From Eledone cirrhosa (Eukaryota): a stretch of 64,000 bases of DNA. The stretch covers positions 98,270,001 to 98,334,000 of the forward strand of contig OZ024741.1 of NCBI GenBank assembly GCA_964016885.1. Reading direction: 5' to 3'. Positions 42,289 through 57,334 of this stretch are shown piece after piece. The notes under the pieces are model-generated. The model worked only from the letters and a program-made list of their open reading frames with translations. It did no database searches and was not told the origin of the DNA. Every line of letters starts with the position of its first letter. Positions within the stretch are counted from its first letter, which is position 1. The position numbers and the translations under genes were made by a program.

Positions 42289-43217
42289 TGAAATAATGAC
42301 ACGTAAAGTTCAAATAGTGCAAATTTTATAACATATTATAAACCTGAAATATAAGACAGGTCTCCCTAGAATCCCCATTGCCCTATTAAGATATCTGAAG
42401 TTTATACTAGATAAAGTAGTCCTATATGAACTCCATCGGGAATAGATCCGCTGGCCATGACTGGAATACATTTCATTATGAATTTGCTTTATCAATAATT
42501 ATTCGTCTGTGAAATACAATTACTAATATTATGAATTCAGACCTAAGCCCATGGCTACATATAGGGATGGATTTTAAGGGGAAGTGATTAAAACTATTAT
42601 ATTACTTTACTGAAATGTCACACAAAGGAATAAATTATAAATTCGATCTCACCAAAATTGAAATGCAGAAGAAAGTATAACAACACTACATGCCGCATTT
42701 TTCCGGTCAGTATACCGATTATTAAAGGTTAATAGAATGACTATACAGAGTAAAAGCGTCAGAAGATTGTTGGTGCAAGTTAGATTAATCTGCTACGACC
42801 AATCGAGCCCATCATGAAACTCTGAGTACTATGATAAACATATGGTTAGATGTCATGTAAATTAAGTAATATAACCTACCTTTATGTTTAAATATTGAGG
42901 GTTCATTCTTTCTTAATTACAAGCAGCAGCCAAACAACTATATATACTAACTAGAAAGTGAGAGAGTATATACATATTTATTCTCTCACTTTTTAGTTAA
43001 TAGTCATACTTCTTTTTCCCTCTTAATCTTTCTTCTGCACAGCTCCCTTACGTCTCTTATCATATTATTATATTCTTTTCTTTCTGAAATAAATGTGATA
43101 TCCGAAATATAAAGCCATATTTCATGCATTAAACCAATTCCTGTCAATGTACTAAGTTCTTTCTGTGTCTTGTTACTGCTTTTCTTCTTCATTGCAATGT
43201 ACATATACATATATATA

Positions 43218-43291
<74 letters not shown>

Positions 43292-43326
43292 TATATATAT
43301 ATACACACATATATATATATACACAC

Positions 43327-43379
<53 letters not shown>

Positions 43380-44639
43380 CATATATATGAATATGTGCGT
43401 GCGTATGAGACTGGGTGTGTGTATGTGTGTATATAAAATAAAAAAGAGATATACAGTGGACAAGTGGAATGACAACTGATAGGGTTAGAGAGTGAAAGAG
43501 TAAGATTGGCGTGGTTTAATATAATATCAAAATACACAACATCCAACCATCCAACCAGCTGAAAACTGATTTTACAACCATCATGATCTTTCTGAACTAA
43601 CAGTGTGCAGTGGATTGGAAAAGAGAAATCGTTATTGGAATTTCCCGGAACTAATCTATTGAAAGAAGTCGATGTTAGTTTTCGGTGATTACAAATGACG
43701 TGTAACGAATCATTTTGAAAATGAGCGAGTTGCTGTGATGTTGAGAAGATAAAGTCAACATGGCTACCACTAATTGAGATGCACCAGTTATAAACATGTT
43801 TCCAAAGTCAAAAGCCGACAAGATTTATCGCCAAGGACAGGTTAAATCAGCTCATTAACAAATGGACGTGAGAGTTTGTGTGTACGTGTGGTGTGTTTAT
43901 GAGTGGATGAAGATGATGATAATGATGATGGCTATGATGATGATGATGCCGATATCGATGATGGTATGCTTGGAGTAACGTATACTAGCAACATCCCTAA
44001 AAATAAATTACAATATCTAATAATGTCTATCACATCCATACCCAGCAACCACTAAATGGCTTTAAAACTCACACATCAAGACCAAGCAAATGGATTATAC
44101 GATCAGCTTGTGTTGAAGTCGATGGACATTTCCTGACATGCGCAATAAACATTATCTTAATGGAAATGAGCCGAAACAACTCTGTTTTCATTATGTGTTC
44201 TGTTCCATGTTATACGCTAAATGTTTCCTGGAAAGCTTCCTGTATTGATATTCACAGCCGATATACGACAAATATTTTCAAGTCAAACTCGTAATATTTT
44301 TCACATAGAATACAGGCTAAAAGATTAAATGATAGAAATTCTATATCTAACATTTAAGAATCATTAGCTTGCATTAAATGCCCGGAATGAATATATTGTC
44401 GCTGTGGATTAGCAGAAAATGTAAAGCGTTGGCCATGAAGCCCTGCCGTAATTAGTTGCGATTCTTTTCGTTCGCCGTTCAAATCCTGCTGAGATCAAAT
44501 TAGACTTTCACCATTCCAAAGACGATAAAATAAAATACCAGTCAATTTTCGTGAGATTTGCCAGTGATTTTAATACAATATATAATATACGGCGCCGTGG
44601 GTGAGAATTTACACCCCACTCCCTCTCTCTCTTTCTCTT

Positions 44640-44691
<52 letters not shown>

Positions 44692-44695
<4 letters not shown>

Positions 44696-46120
44696 AATTG
44701 TTATATTTGGGGAGGGTCAATTTGACAATATGTCCAATAGAAAGGAACACACGTACCTTATAATTTTCACTTTATCTTTATTGTTCGTGATTTATTTGTT
44801 TATCAAATTTCTTACGCCACACATCGTATGACCTTCTCAATGATTATCGTTTTGTGTCTCCTTTTTTTCCTGGTCTTAAACTTCTATCCCATCTTGCCTT
44901 CGTGTCTGTGAATTTCGGACATCTAAAGGTATGCGGTATGTTTCATCAATAAAATCGTCAGCTATGATTAGAAGGCCATCAGCGCCGTCTAACAGAATTC
45001 AGCAGAAGCAAGGGGTATAATTATCTATGCATTTCGAACTTAAATAATTCCTGCCAGGACAATGCTCCCCTCTGCCACTATCAGTAAGAGATTTATTACG
45101 GGCTCTTATGAGCCCGCCTTATCTGATATTTATTTAGAGGGAGATAAGGTCGAGATCATACAACTAATGTTAGGGACCAGCTTTTTAAATACTACAGTGG
45201 TGTTGCACGATCCTCTGTTGATATATCTTAACTGTTCATTAGGCTTATGGTAGGGTCTGTAGGTACCTGTTGCTAAATCAAAATTGACATTTAAGAAATT
45301 CGCGTTTGTTAAACTAATATCTCCGTCTATGTGGGGGTCTAATTCCTTAAATGCCTGTTTTAGGTCTTTACGGAAATATCTAGGGAATAGCCGTTGTTAT
45401 TATGGGAGATCATCAGGCGATCGTCACGATATAAGCCAACGGTGTGCTTTGGGAATTTCTACTTGGGAGTATGGAAGATAAACATACCAACCAAATCACA
45501 GATATCGACGCTATCTTTCGACCCCATCAAGACACCATAAGGGACCTCTAAGGTTTGTTTTCTTAACGAAGGTGAAGTCGTCAGACATAGTTACATCTAA
45601 TTCCAGGTCATTAATCGTGACGAATCTACGAGCAAAGTGTACAGCTCTATCTAAAAGTGCATGGGAAATACTGAGGTAGAAGTCCGTGATTTCAAATTGA
45701 GTGAACTTAGCTTTATGTTTATCAGGGATATTCTTAAAACAAGATATTACTGAAGACGTATTAGTCCGCTGTAATATGTTGGTCTTACTGTTATTAAGTT
45801 TATATCACAAGTTCTTCTTAATGGCTAATCCTATCTCAGTTCTAGTGGGTTTTCTTAATCTACAACTAGGCCTATTAATAAAGTTGTTTTTTTATCATCT
45901 TTTCAAGTGATAACATCACGAAGTTTGGCAGAGATATCTGTTCGTTTTTCTATTTTCAAGTGCTTAGTGATTTCTTTAGCTACATTATTACAACTGTTAT
46001 ATGTGGTAAGCTTAGCTTTTGGTATTTATTTGTGGTATTATTAAGTAATATTTGATTATGTTTATGTGTATCTACTTCGTGTAAGATTTTTTGTTATCAG
46101 AAAAGACAAAACTATTTTCA

Positions 46121-46121
<1 letters not shown>
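44692..46121 (-). mobile_element. Decayed Penelope-like element (RT fragment plus 3' end) between (TA)n runs
   Basis: Minus peptides FVFSDN, RPSCRLRKPTRTEIG, TQFEITDFYLSIS and SLTNANFLNVNFDLATGTYRPYHKPNEQLRYIN are homologous to the RT at 26.0-27.1 kb. A degenerate CTGACGA..GAAACAT..ATGTC motif lies at 44915-44966. Confidence 0.82.
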
Positions 46122-46206
<85 letters not shown>

Positions 46207-46630
46207 CGTGCGTGTCATTACTTATAACACAAGAAGTGCCAATACCTCTGAAATTTGAACTTCCACCCAGGCTGTAAATGTCAATTTATGAATTCATGTT
46301 CATAGAAACAAATCGATAGTGAGGATAGCATACCACAGGCAATGAAACCACTGTCCGTTATGTTGAGGAAGTGTGTTGACTAGAGTTAACCAATAACATT
46401 TGTGTGCAATTTGTTAGGCAGTAAACCTACAAAGCCCTTGTTTATATATATATTTATATGTGAGCGGTGGGCGTGTGTGCTCGTGTGTGGGTGCGTGTGC
46501 ATGCTCATATGTATACGTGCACTTAATGTGTATGTGTGCGGTGAGAGCGTGTGCACATGCGAGTGTGGGTGCGTTCGCGCGTGCGTTCGTTTGCGTGGTG
46601 TGACTACATAGTGTGTTTGTGTAGGTGCAT

Positions 46631-46752
<122 letters not shown>

Positions 46753-48590
46753 AAATATGCAAATAAATAACACACGAAAACGATGGAGGGCGGTGTTCGT
46801 TTCTTTTTGTTTTTTTTGTTTTTTTGTTTTTGGTGAACATAAAGCGAGAATCTTTTATGTCCTGCCCTTTTATAATCCGTAGCATAACTTTTGAACAAAG
46901 GGAGATCGATAAAACAAATATCTGAAATTGATTACTAGAGCTTATACGATCGACTAAAATCATTAAAGCAGTGTTCTACCCTAGCATGAATCCATTGATT
47001 AAAATCAGAAAAATATTAACTTTAAATTTATTGACTAGCATAATATGTATTACCTTACAAAATAGTTATATAATTTTACTTCTATCGTTTGACCTGCTGG
47101 AAATAGTTGCTAAATGTCATTCAAATTCCACACTACCATTTTAAAGTTCACATTGGATAATGCAATAGTATTATTTCAAGAGACAGAATGGTCTCCATTG
47201 TATTACCTGTAGTCATAGGATGTGCCTAAGCAATAATATCCTATATAGACTGAGACATTTAAATATCCGTAGCAGATGCCCCATCTACTAGAGATAGCTG
47301 CAAGATATTCCTACACATTTAAAACTTGGAAAGATTCATTGGATTATTTATTTTCGGATACACAATGTCTGAAAAGTTAAGAAAAACTGCTCCGGGAAAA
47401 TAATTTAAATAATAAAGTCTTATACATAAGAGCTCGCTGACAATGGGTTGGATAACAACAAGAACTCGCATTTTCTTCTCAAGTGATATTCTTTCGTCAG
47501 TGCAAGTTCTGTTCGTTTTTCACGCAAGTACGATAAAGACGCTACTCCAAATGAAACGTTTCTGTCTAATCACCGATAATTGCCTATCACTGGTAGAGGC
47601 CTAGTACTCATAGTTCTGTTTTAAAAGCTCTATTTCCCGCAAAGTAAGGGCCGGTAATAGGAAATAAAATTTCAACTCTGATCACAAAATTTGGAATAGA
47701 TACTATATGGCATTTTTGTTTGACGCTCTATCAATCCCACAGGTCAATCTCCCATGACTAATGATTCATTTATCGATCTCGAAAGGCAAAATTTGACCTC
47801 TGTGAGATTTGAAATCTGAGCGCAAAGAGCCGGATCAAATAACGACAGGCATTCAATCAGACCTTCCAAAGTCTCTGCAAATTCACCGCATTAACAACAA
47901 GAACAACGATCAACATTAACAGCATATATTACTTTACACAGTGTGGTATTACTAAATCAGTCTAATTATATATATTACGTGGCCATGTATTTAAAGAGAA
48001 AACAAACATGGGATCGTGATAAAACCAATAATATTCTGCGTCTGTAAGGTTTAGACATTGCAAATATAAAATAACAAGCCAAGCAAAAAAAAAAAAAAGC
48101 TAAAAAAAGGAGAGATAAAGTAAAATAAATCATCAATTTACTTTCATATGAGAATCCTAGAGTAGGAAAGAAACGATGAAATTGAGGACAGTTCCTGTGT
48201 AGTGGCTTACTGATATATAACAAACAAAAAGGGAGAAAGATTCCTCTCCCAGAGGAGATGTCATCAGTGTTGGATTACGACCAAAACTGCTGTCCTTTTA
48301 ACCGCAAAACCTCGTTTTATATGCCTTCTGACCTAAGGTCAGATTTTTTCCACTTCCCATACCGAAGGATATATTTGCAATCAGTGCAATATAATCCCAC
48401 CCATAGGGTTTCTTTCTAGGCATCCTGACATTACAGATTACTTTTTCATCTTTTCAATTGCTTTAATATATTATTACACATACAACCATATATTTACATA
48501 CCGAGACACCCATGCGCATACTCACAGACATAAATAGACACACATACACTCATACACACACACTCCCACGCGTATATACATACACACACA

Positions 48591-48640
<50 letters not shown>

Positions 48641-49439
48641 CATATATACATATATACATATATATATACATATATACATATATACATATATACAGATATA
48701 TAATTTTCCTCAAATTCTGTCAACCATGTACTCAATTATTTATTGAAGTTATATCCTTATATCCTCATTTTATTCCTCCCCCTCCCTATCTTCTTCTTCT
48801 TCTTCTTCTTCTTCTTCTTCTTCTTCTTCTTCTTCTTCTTCTTCTTCTTCTTCTTCTCCTCCTCCTCTTCCTCTCCTTATTTTGCTTCTACTCCTTTATC
48901 TGCATCTTCTCCTTGCCGTCACCTCCTCTGTTATCGTTGTCGTCATCGGATACAGTCAAACATGTCGTCCTAGTCTTATACCATGTCACTTGTGAGCGGC
49001 TTATCTTGTGTAGCCAGTGGTAGTAAGATATTTCAACGATATATGTCTAAGCACAATAATCTTCTATAAAACAGCTGTTTATGTTGGGTTTCTCCAATAT
49101 CATTTTCAGTGAATGTATCATTCTCATGGTCATTATACTTCTGTTTTTAACTACATTGTCATTCACCTTATCCACCCACCCCCTCCCTTACCTATGTTCT
49201 ATGCCATGAAATGTTTAACTCTTCCATTAATCTTTTAATTTCCTATTTCTAAGTATTTCCTTCTGTATTCTATTTTTTTTTCTTCCTTACCGTATGTTTT
49301 ATATTAATGTTCCACCTTAATTATTCTTATAATATTATTTTGTTCCATCTTCTTCTTCTTCTTCTTCTTCTTCTTCTTCTTCTTCTTCTTCTTCTTCTTC
49401 TTCTTCTTCTTCTTCTTCTTCTCAATGTTATTATTATTA

Positions 49440-49621
49440 TGAATTGCCAGTATCGGTAGAGGGTCAGAAGCCATGCTTTGACGCATAGAGTTACGGCCCT
49501 TGCCATTCTGAGTTCAAATCCCGCCGAGGTTAACTTTTCCTTTCATCCTTACGGGGTCGATAAAATAAAGTACCAGTAATGTACTGGGTAATTGTTGGCC
49601 TTGTGCCAAAAAGTAGAAACA

Positions 49622-49680
<59 letters not shown>
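49440..49680 (+). mobile_element. Full-length SINE with long (ATT)n tail
   Basis: Head, B-box GTTCAAATCCC, body and tail, then (ATT)n at 49622-49679. Confidence 0.85.
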
Positions 49681-49683
<3 letters not shown>

Positions 49684-49932
49684 AAATCTTCTTCTTTTTC
49701 TTCTTCTTCATCATCAACTTCATCACCAACATCAACGTCATCGTCTTTTTTTATATTCTCCAGCTTATTATCACTATTGTTATTGTTTATCATATCGATT
49801 ACTTCCATTACTGATTTTCCCTTCCTTTTACTCAATGTAAACATTACTTTATGTTGTTTTCGTCCTAGTATTTTCACCGTCGTCTCGTGTCTGTGGAGCC
49901 AATAAATGGAAGGAGCAGGCTTATTATTATTA

Positions 49933-50572
49933 TGTGTGTCTCTGAACGATACGCCACGCCTGTTTACGCTTTATCAGTTTTGTTTGTGTACATCCATTTA
50001 TATTGTTTTTGTTATTTTGTTTTAAACTTTTGTTATAAAGGGGAAATAAGGCTTTAGTATTTTCCCTGAAGAATGGATACCCCATAATATTTGGTTCACA
50101 AATATGTGAACTTTAAATTTGAAATTGTACTATAAAATGTTTTTGTAAAAAAAAAGATGTAGGGTTAAACCCTTCCTACTCCAGCCAAAGCGGGAAAATT
50201 ATCGAAAAAAGCGACGCTCTGAAGAGAAACAATAGCAATGTTGGCAACCCCACCATCAACACCATCACCACCAAAGACATTAACAACAACGCCACCGTCA
50301 CCAGTAAAGTGATGACGGTCATCGGCAATGAGAACAAGAACTGCGGTAACACCAGGCGGAGCAACGGCAACGGCAACAACAACGGCACCAACAGCAACAG
50401 CAACTACAAAGACAACTACAACAACAATAACAAAATTACATTCGCAGCTACAGCTGCGAAAGCAACTGAACTATTTTTTCTGGACATCCTAAATAAAGAC
50501 GAACTCTTGGCACAAGCCGCCAAATTGATCAAAATACAAAATACAAAAGCGGAAATAGCCATCCCGCTTGAG
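49933..50572 (+). mobile_element. 5' fragment (UTR plus ORF1 start) of a Tx1-family relative
   Basis: Starts after (TTA)n. The UTR resembles 31230-31380 (AAGGG..ATAAG, TTT.CCCTG, ATAATATTTGG..CAAATAT). Asn-rich ORF with ITFAATAA parallels TSFAGVA. Confidence 0.6.
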
Positions 50573-51035
50573 GAATGGCAGAGTCGGTAGAGCATCGGAC
50601 AATATGCTTTGTGGTATAGAGTTGTGGCCCTTTACGTTCTGAGTTAAAATCCCACCCTGGTTAGTTTTGCCTTTCATCCTTTATGGTATCGATAAAATAA
50701 AGCACCAGTAACGTACTGGGGGTCAATTTAATCGACTTTCCCCTCCCCCAAAGATTGTTGGCCTTGTGCCTATATCAGAAACCATTATTAACCACAACGT
50801 CAGGGCAGTGGGTTGGCAGTATCGGTAGAGCGAAGGACATTATGCTTTGCAGCATAGTTTGCGCCCCTTTATGATCTGAGTTCAAATCCCACCGAGGTTA
50901 GCATTGCCTTTCATCCTTAAGATGTCGATAAAATAAAGTACCAGTAATGCCCTGGGGTCGATTTAATCAACTTTCACCTCCCCAAAGATTGCTGGCCTTG
51001 TGCCTATAGTAGAAATCATTATTAACCACAACGTC
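50572..51035 (+). mobile_element. Two tandem SINE copies (long variant)
   Basis: 50572-50800 and 50808-51035, both ending ATTATTAACCACAACGTC. Confidence 0.85.
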
Positions 51036-51229
51036 TTTTTCTCCTCCTATGTTCTTCTTTAATCAAAATACACATGAGAGTGATAATATTCACCATGAAC
51101 AAATAATTACGATCAAATCTCATTAAAAAATATAATCAAAACGATGTATATCTGATGCCAGATCATCATCAAAACCAGCGGAGAATCTACCATTAGTTTC
51201 ATATCTTATTGAACTTCGAATAATTTAAC

Positions 51230-51445
51230 ATAGTAATTCATTAAATTGTCTAGGGAGTTGAAACAAGATACTAACAATTATGCTAACAACTATAATGTAG
51301 CAGTGTGAAAGAATAGTATATAACTAATGTAATGGTACGCGATGGGGCCCACCCACAGCCCCGGCGGACAGAATGGAGAAGGCGTTTCCCCGGAGGACGG
51401 CAAGGGAGACGCGCTGGAAAAGCCACTCCAGCTCGTAGGGCTCAC
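51230..51445 (-). mobile_element. 3' tip of a CRE-like RLE non-LTR retrotransposon
   Basis: Minus peptide ELEWLFQRVSLAVLRGNAFSILSAG matches the typical CRE-clade C-terminus (FLFQRLS.AV.RGNA..IL); short GC-rich island. The 3' boundary is approximate. Confidence 0.6.
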
Positions 51446-52572
51446 ATGCACAAGCTTAAAATAAAGACAATCTATGTAAGACTATTATAAACTATATCTA
51501 AATATCAAAATGAAAAACAACTGACAACCAGATTTGGCGAATTAATTTCAAATGATGTAGTATATTAGAATGTAATTTTGCCAGTAAATTAAACATATAT
51601 ACGGCTTTTTTGTAAATCTATCTTAATTTACTAAGATGATAACTTAATATGATATCCAATAGGGTCATACTTTTATAAATTAATATGTTATAGTTGTAAG
51701 TAGTGAAAAATAAAAACAAAACAGCATCGTGTAGTTATGAAGAGAAGTGTAATCCGCTGTTTGTAGACAAATCCTATGGCAGCAAACAAATAAACGCAAA
51801 CATAAATATATAGCGATGGAAGCCTGAAACCCAAAAGAAATTGATAATATATGCAAGTAAAATACTGATCAAGATGAAATAAATGTAAAATTACTGAATA
51901 TGATTGGATAAGACTGACTAAACCTAAAAAACACAGCAACGCTCAAAAAATATAAATGAGACTGAATCAGATCGGGTATTGCGAGGAAATACAAGGACAA
52001 AACTTATACAAAACTGTTGACAGGGCTGATGGTGACAAATAAATAAATTCAATTTTCCTGTTTTACTTGTTTTATTTAGTTGGCACTATTAAACATTCTG
52101 GAACTTCCCTATCACACTTTCTTACTTATACAGAGACAGAGTATTATGTATAACAAATGATATGTGAAAAATGTTTCGTGTTCGAGTTTCTGAAGCGAAA
52201 CGTATAAATGTATATGGGTGAGGACCTATAGAACAGTTTTATAAGAATATAGTCCAGATGCCATTCAAATGCACTCTGGCAAGAAATAGTACGTATTACT
52301 TTAACTGCGTGTAAACACTATGAAAGGTTGGAAAAGCAACAAAGAAAAGGGGAACACGACTAAAAAGACTTTGCCGGTGACTCGAAACAACAAAGGAAAC
52401 AGGGGAAGTGTGCAAGCATGATAGTTTACTGAATGTAAATGCATCTAAAAGGACAGGTATCGATTAAATGATTAAAGTATGGACGAAAGAATAACACACG
52501 GAAAAGTGGGATAAATCAATAGAATATGTATCTGAGATAGAAAGATACCAAAGGAACACATCTATACTAATG

Positions 52573-52604
<32 letters not shown>

Positions 52605-52606
<2 letters not shown>

Positions 52607-52755
52607 TTATGATGTAGCACCGTCTTCATCGGAAGAATGAAAATATTTATGAAAGCTATATATATATATATATATGGCTTTCTTAAAGTTATATATATAT
52701 ATAGCTTTCTTAAATATTTTCAATCTTCCGATGAAGACGATGCTGCATAATAAAT
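52605..52755. repeat. Inverted repeat around short TA runs
   Basis: ATTTATGATGTAGCACCGTCTTCATCGGAAGA..GAAAGCTA / TAGCTTTC..TCTTCCGATGAAGACGATGCTGCATAATAAAT. Confidence 0.85.
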
Positions 52756-53045
52756 GCGATGTCTTAGCATAAAGATTGTACCATTCATTGCGGAAACCAA
52801 TAAAATGAGAGAGTGAATGACATCTTTTGCTAAAACCCTACTGATGGATTCAAACCACTGGATTTTATATCTCATCTAATATTTCATGTTGAATCTCGAG
52901 GATTCCTGAACGATTAAATCTATTAAACTTATTAGGATATTGATACTCATGAGCCCTGGAGCACATGATGATTAACCACAAGTTAACAGTTATTCTAAAG
53001 TGGTAAAATGAATCATTATGAAAAGTAGATGAGGAATAGGTATTA

Positions 53046-53197
<152 letters not shown>

Positions 53198-53269
53198 ATT
53201 AATATATATTTATATATCAAATTACAAAATATGATGAAATAATAAACAAAAATATACCTATTTTTTCTT

Positions 53270-53930
53270 CAAAGTCGTGACTGCAGTTTCGCCGATCCGT
53301 GTGCAACGTTTTCTGCACTGTAAAAATGCATCATCGATGTGAGGTTGATACGTCTTATTAAGAGACCCCTCAGAAAAAAGGGATGTTTCTTGGCGCGTTC
53401 GTAGCAAGTGAGAAAATCTCTAGAGTCGGAAGGAGGGATTAACACGTGATACAGTGGTAAATAAAAGGATTGCTTCTTTCGTAGCAAATGAGAATATCTG
53501 GAGAGGCGAAAGGAGAAATTAACATGTGTATAGTATTGAAAAGATTGGACAATATCAGTATCAAACCCTCGGAATTTTGATGAGGAAATCCCGTCTATAT
53601 CTAGCCGGTAGTATCTAGCCTCCTCCACTAGTTCTTGCTCCTTACCTGTAAGTGTTGTGATGTTCCAGGTTCTAATTGTTAATGTTTGTTACTTTCCGGA
53701 CTCTCTTTGGGGTCTCGGGATACGCACTCTTTGTGCGTCAATCCCACACCTCCCATGACAGGCAAAACCAACCGGCAAAAGACCCAGGAGTAAGCCCTGA
53801 GGAAGATTGTTGGATAATATCCATGAAATCGGCTGGTCGCGCATGTGGATCCAACTGGTTCAGTTGCAAAAGGTTGCTTCTGACAGAACCCGCTAGAAGG
53901 TGTGTTTGACTATGTCCTCACGACCATCAC
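53270..53930 (-). mobile_element. 5' fragment of an RTE-clade (Expander/Rex3-like) LINE
   Basis: Minus peptide IRTWNITTLTGKEQELVEEARYYRLDIDGISS matches the RTE APE N-terminus (GTWNV.SL.GKE.ELV.E..RY.LDI.G); abuts (AAG)n at 53931-54054. Confidence 0.7.
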
Positions 53931-54472
53931 AAGAAGAAGAAGAAGAAGAAGAAGAAGAAGAAGAAGAAGAAGAAGAAGAAGAAGAAGAAGAAGAAGAAGA
54001 AGAAGAAGAAGAAGAAGAAGAAGAAGAAGAAGAAGAAGAAGAAGAAGAAGAAGAATATATATACAATTAAGATGGGAAGAGAAAGTGCGCAAGAGCATTC
54101 AAAAACCTCTGAATTAGTAGTCATAATGGATAAAGACAAGTATGTATGTCAGTGCCTCTAAATTGACAAGAGGAGGGGACAGGAATGTCAGAATGCTGGC
54201 AATATCAAACGGGTAGTTCAGTGGAGTCGATGACATTGTAGTAGTGATAGGAATGACGGGGAGAACAAAAAAGCACCTTTGTGAGCTAGTGGTTTCATTG
54301 TGCTTGTAATTGAAACTTTAGAATATACAAATATGTATCAGAAACAAATGTAAGTGTCTGTACGTATGTGTATCTCTTTTTGTGGAAGACAAATATCCAT
54401 ACTTATATCTAGAAATCTATCTTTCTTTCACTTAATCTCATTTTCTCGCTTTCTCTGCGCGTTTATGTATGT

Positions 54473-54506
<34 letters not shown>

Positions 54507-54674
54507 AAGCGATAGCGAAGAGAGAGAAAGAACTCTCTCTTACCTATCGCTTCTTTCCCTCGCGGATAGATAAAGTGCTATGGGCGCGCTATGAATAAAT
54601 GTATTGTCTATAATGTGCTGCGAGATGAGGGGGAAAATATCTATCTCTTATTTGTGTCCTCTTACTTTCTAACA

Positions 54675-55627
<953 letters not shown>

Positions 55628-55651
55628 ATACTTTGGGAGGGTCATGAAACG

Positions 55652-55706
<55 letters not shown>

Positions 55707-55736
55707 AAAGAATAGAGGTGTAACACACAAGTTATT

Positions 55737-56117
55737 ATATATTGGTAAACGGAATAGAAAATGCTGACAAATTGTTCACAGTGAAAGATAGTTTAATTAG
55801 GAATAAATGAGAATTAGTAATTGTATTGGTTAGTATTCAGTTTTGGTTTTAAGTTTTACCGGTTGCGCATTTCTAAATGCTTTTCAAAGATAATTTTGAG
55901 ATAGAGCGTCCGTGATGTTTGCTCTGATCTGAGCCAACATCACGGACGCTCTATCTCAAATTTATTTTTGAAAAGCATTTAGAAATGCGCAACCGGTAAA
56001 ACTTGAAATCAAAACTTAATACTAACCAATACAATTACTAATTCTCATTTATGCCTAATTGAACTATTTTTCACTGTGAACAATTTGTCAGCATTTTCTA
56101 TTGCGTTTACCAATATA
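55737..56117. repeat. Near spacer-less fold-back, about 187-bp arms, abutting (TA)n
   Basis: 55737-55924 pairs with 55931-56117 with about 10 mismatches. The arms contain a decayed hammerhead-like shape (TTGAAAA-GCATTT-AG-AAATGC-GCAAC-CG-GTA). Confidence 0.92.
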
Positions 56118-56325
56118 TATATATATATATATATAAAGTAAAAGATGACGAAGTTTCACATGAATGTTTTTCATTGATTATCGACCAGTTAGGTACGTTC
56201 AACAGATGATTGGTTCAAGGTTTATTTGTGGGTTATAGCCCGACTACTACACCAACCTGCTCATCAGATTTATTACTCAATCTAAAAACAACACCCGCAC
56301 ACACACATACATACACACACACACA

Positions 56326-56364
<39 letters not shown>

Positions 56365-56397
56365 TATATATATGTAATATATGTATATATTATATAA

Positions 56398-56476
<79 letters not shown>

Positions 56477-56578
56477 GAGGTAAATATCTCACTGAGTACT
56501 AAGTACCCATAGAGATATATAGGGTGTCTATAATATAATTGTTATTCTATGGTACTAATTCGAGATACCAGAACTATA

Positions 56579-57110
56579 AAAATTGAGATGAGCAGAACAA
56601 ACAAACATTAAACAATTCTTTAAATAAATTAAAAAATGATTTAAATATCTACCTGTTCGCAATGCTATCACCGGCGGTTTCCATTTACAAAAGATTAGAA
56701 ATTCAGAGAATTTATAACGGAAAAGTAAATTTCATCAGATAGCTATTTCCATCCTATAGGACCTAAGTCCCACGGTCTGCAAATATAATTCCAACTACCA
56801 GCTCGTATGAGTTATGGCCGTTAAAGTGACCCACACGTGAACCGGCCGCTAGTGAAAGCGGGAATATTACAGACGTGTTGATGGCTTTGCTGCTAAAAAA
56901 ATAGCAGTAAGCAACAACGAATTTTTCTCTACATAGATTGGAGAATGTATAAAAATGGAAATAGCTATCTGATGAAATTTACTTTTCCGTTAGAAATTCT
57001 CTGAATTTCTAATCTTTTGTAAATGGAAACCGCCGGTAATAGCATTGCGAACAGGTAGATATTTAAATCATTTTTTAATTTATTTTTGTTTGTTTATTCT
57101 GCTCATCTCA

Positions 57111-57114
<4 letters not shown>
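56579..57114. repeat. Fold-back element, about 165-bp arms, each arm containing a hammerhead motif
   Basis: 56579-56752 is the reverse complement of 56955-57114; the right end abuts (TA)n. Confidence 0.9.
56964..57043 (+). ncRNA. Type I hammerhead ribozyme with long stem II
   Basis: GCTAT-CTGATGA-A-ATTTAC..TTAGAAATTC-TCT-GAATTTCTAA..GTAAAT-G-GAAAC-CGCCG-GTA-ATAGC. The mirror copy at 56664-56743(-) has GUG at the cleavage site. Confidence 0.85.
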
Positions 57115-57179
<65 letters not shown>

Positions 57180-57185
57180 CAGACA

Positions 57186-57334
57186 TGGAAGTTGGCTGAA
57201 AAGTTCATAGGCTAATATGAATGAGTGATGTTACCGCTGTGAAATCTTGCATGTATTGATTTCAACTCTTCGACTGATAAATAAACATCATTTGGTCATT
57301 CCAGGGGAATATGTTGTTCAACCGACTCTCGAGT
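57186..57334. mobile_element. Decayed mariner-type MITE
   Basis: GTTGGCTGAAAAGTTCATAGGCT at left and TTCAACCGACTCTCG..TA at right resemble mariner TIRs; embedded in TA. Confidence 0.4.

Noticed and set aside
51343-51376. GGGGC..GCCCC suggestive of an HDV-like ribozyme P1
   Set aside because: No P2/P3 elements; the region is better explained as the CRE-like ORF end on the minus strand.
53793-53842. Plus-strand CTGAGGA..GAAATCGGCTGGTC motif
   Set aside because: Lies antisense within the RTE 5' region with weak stems I and III; likely chance.
56178-56272. Minus-strand CTGATGA with a long stem II
   Set aside because: GAAA is replaced by TGAA and stem I is unpaired; may be a decayed hammerhead but cannot be supported.
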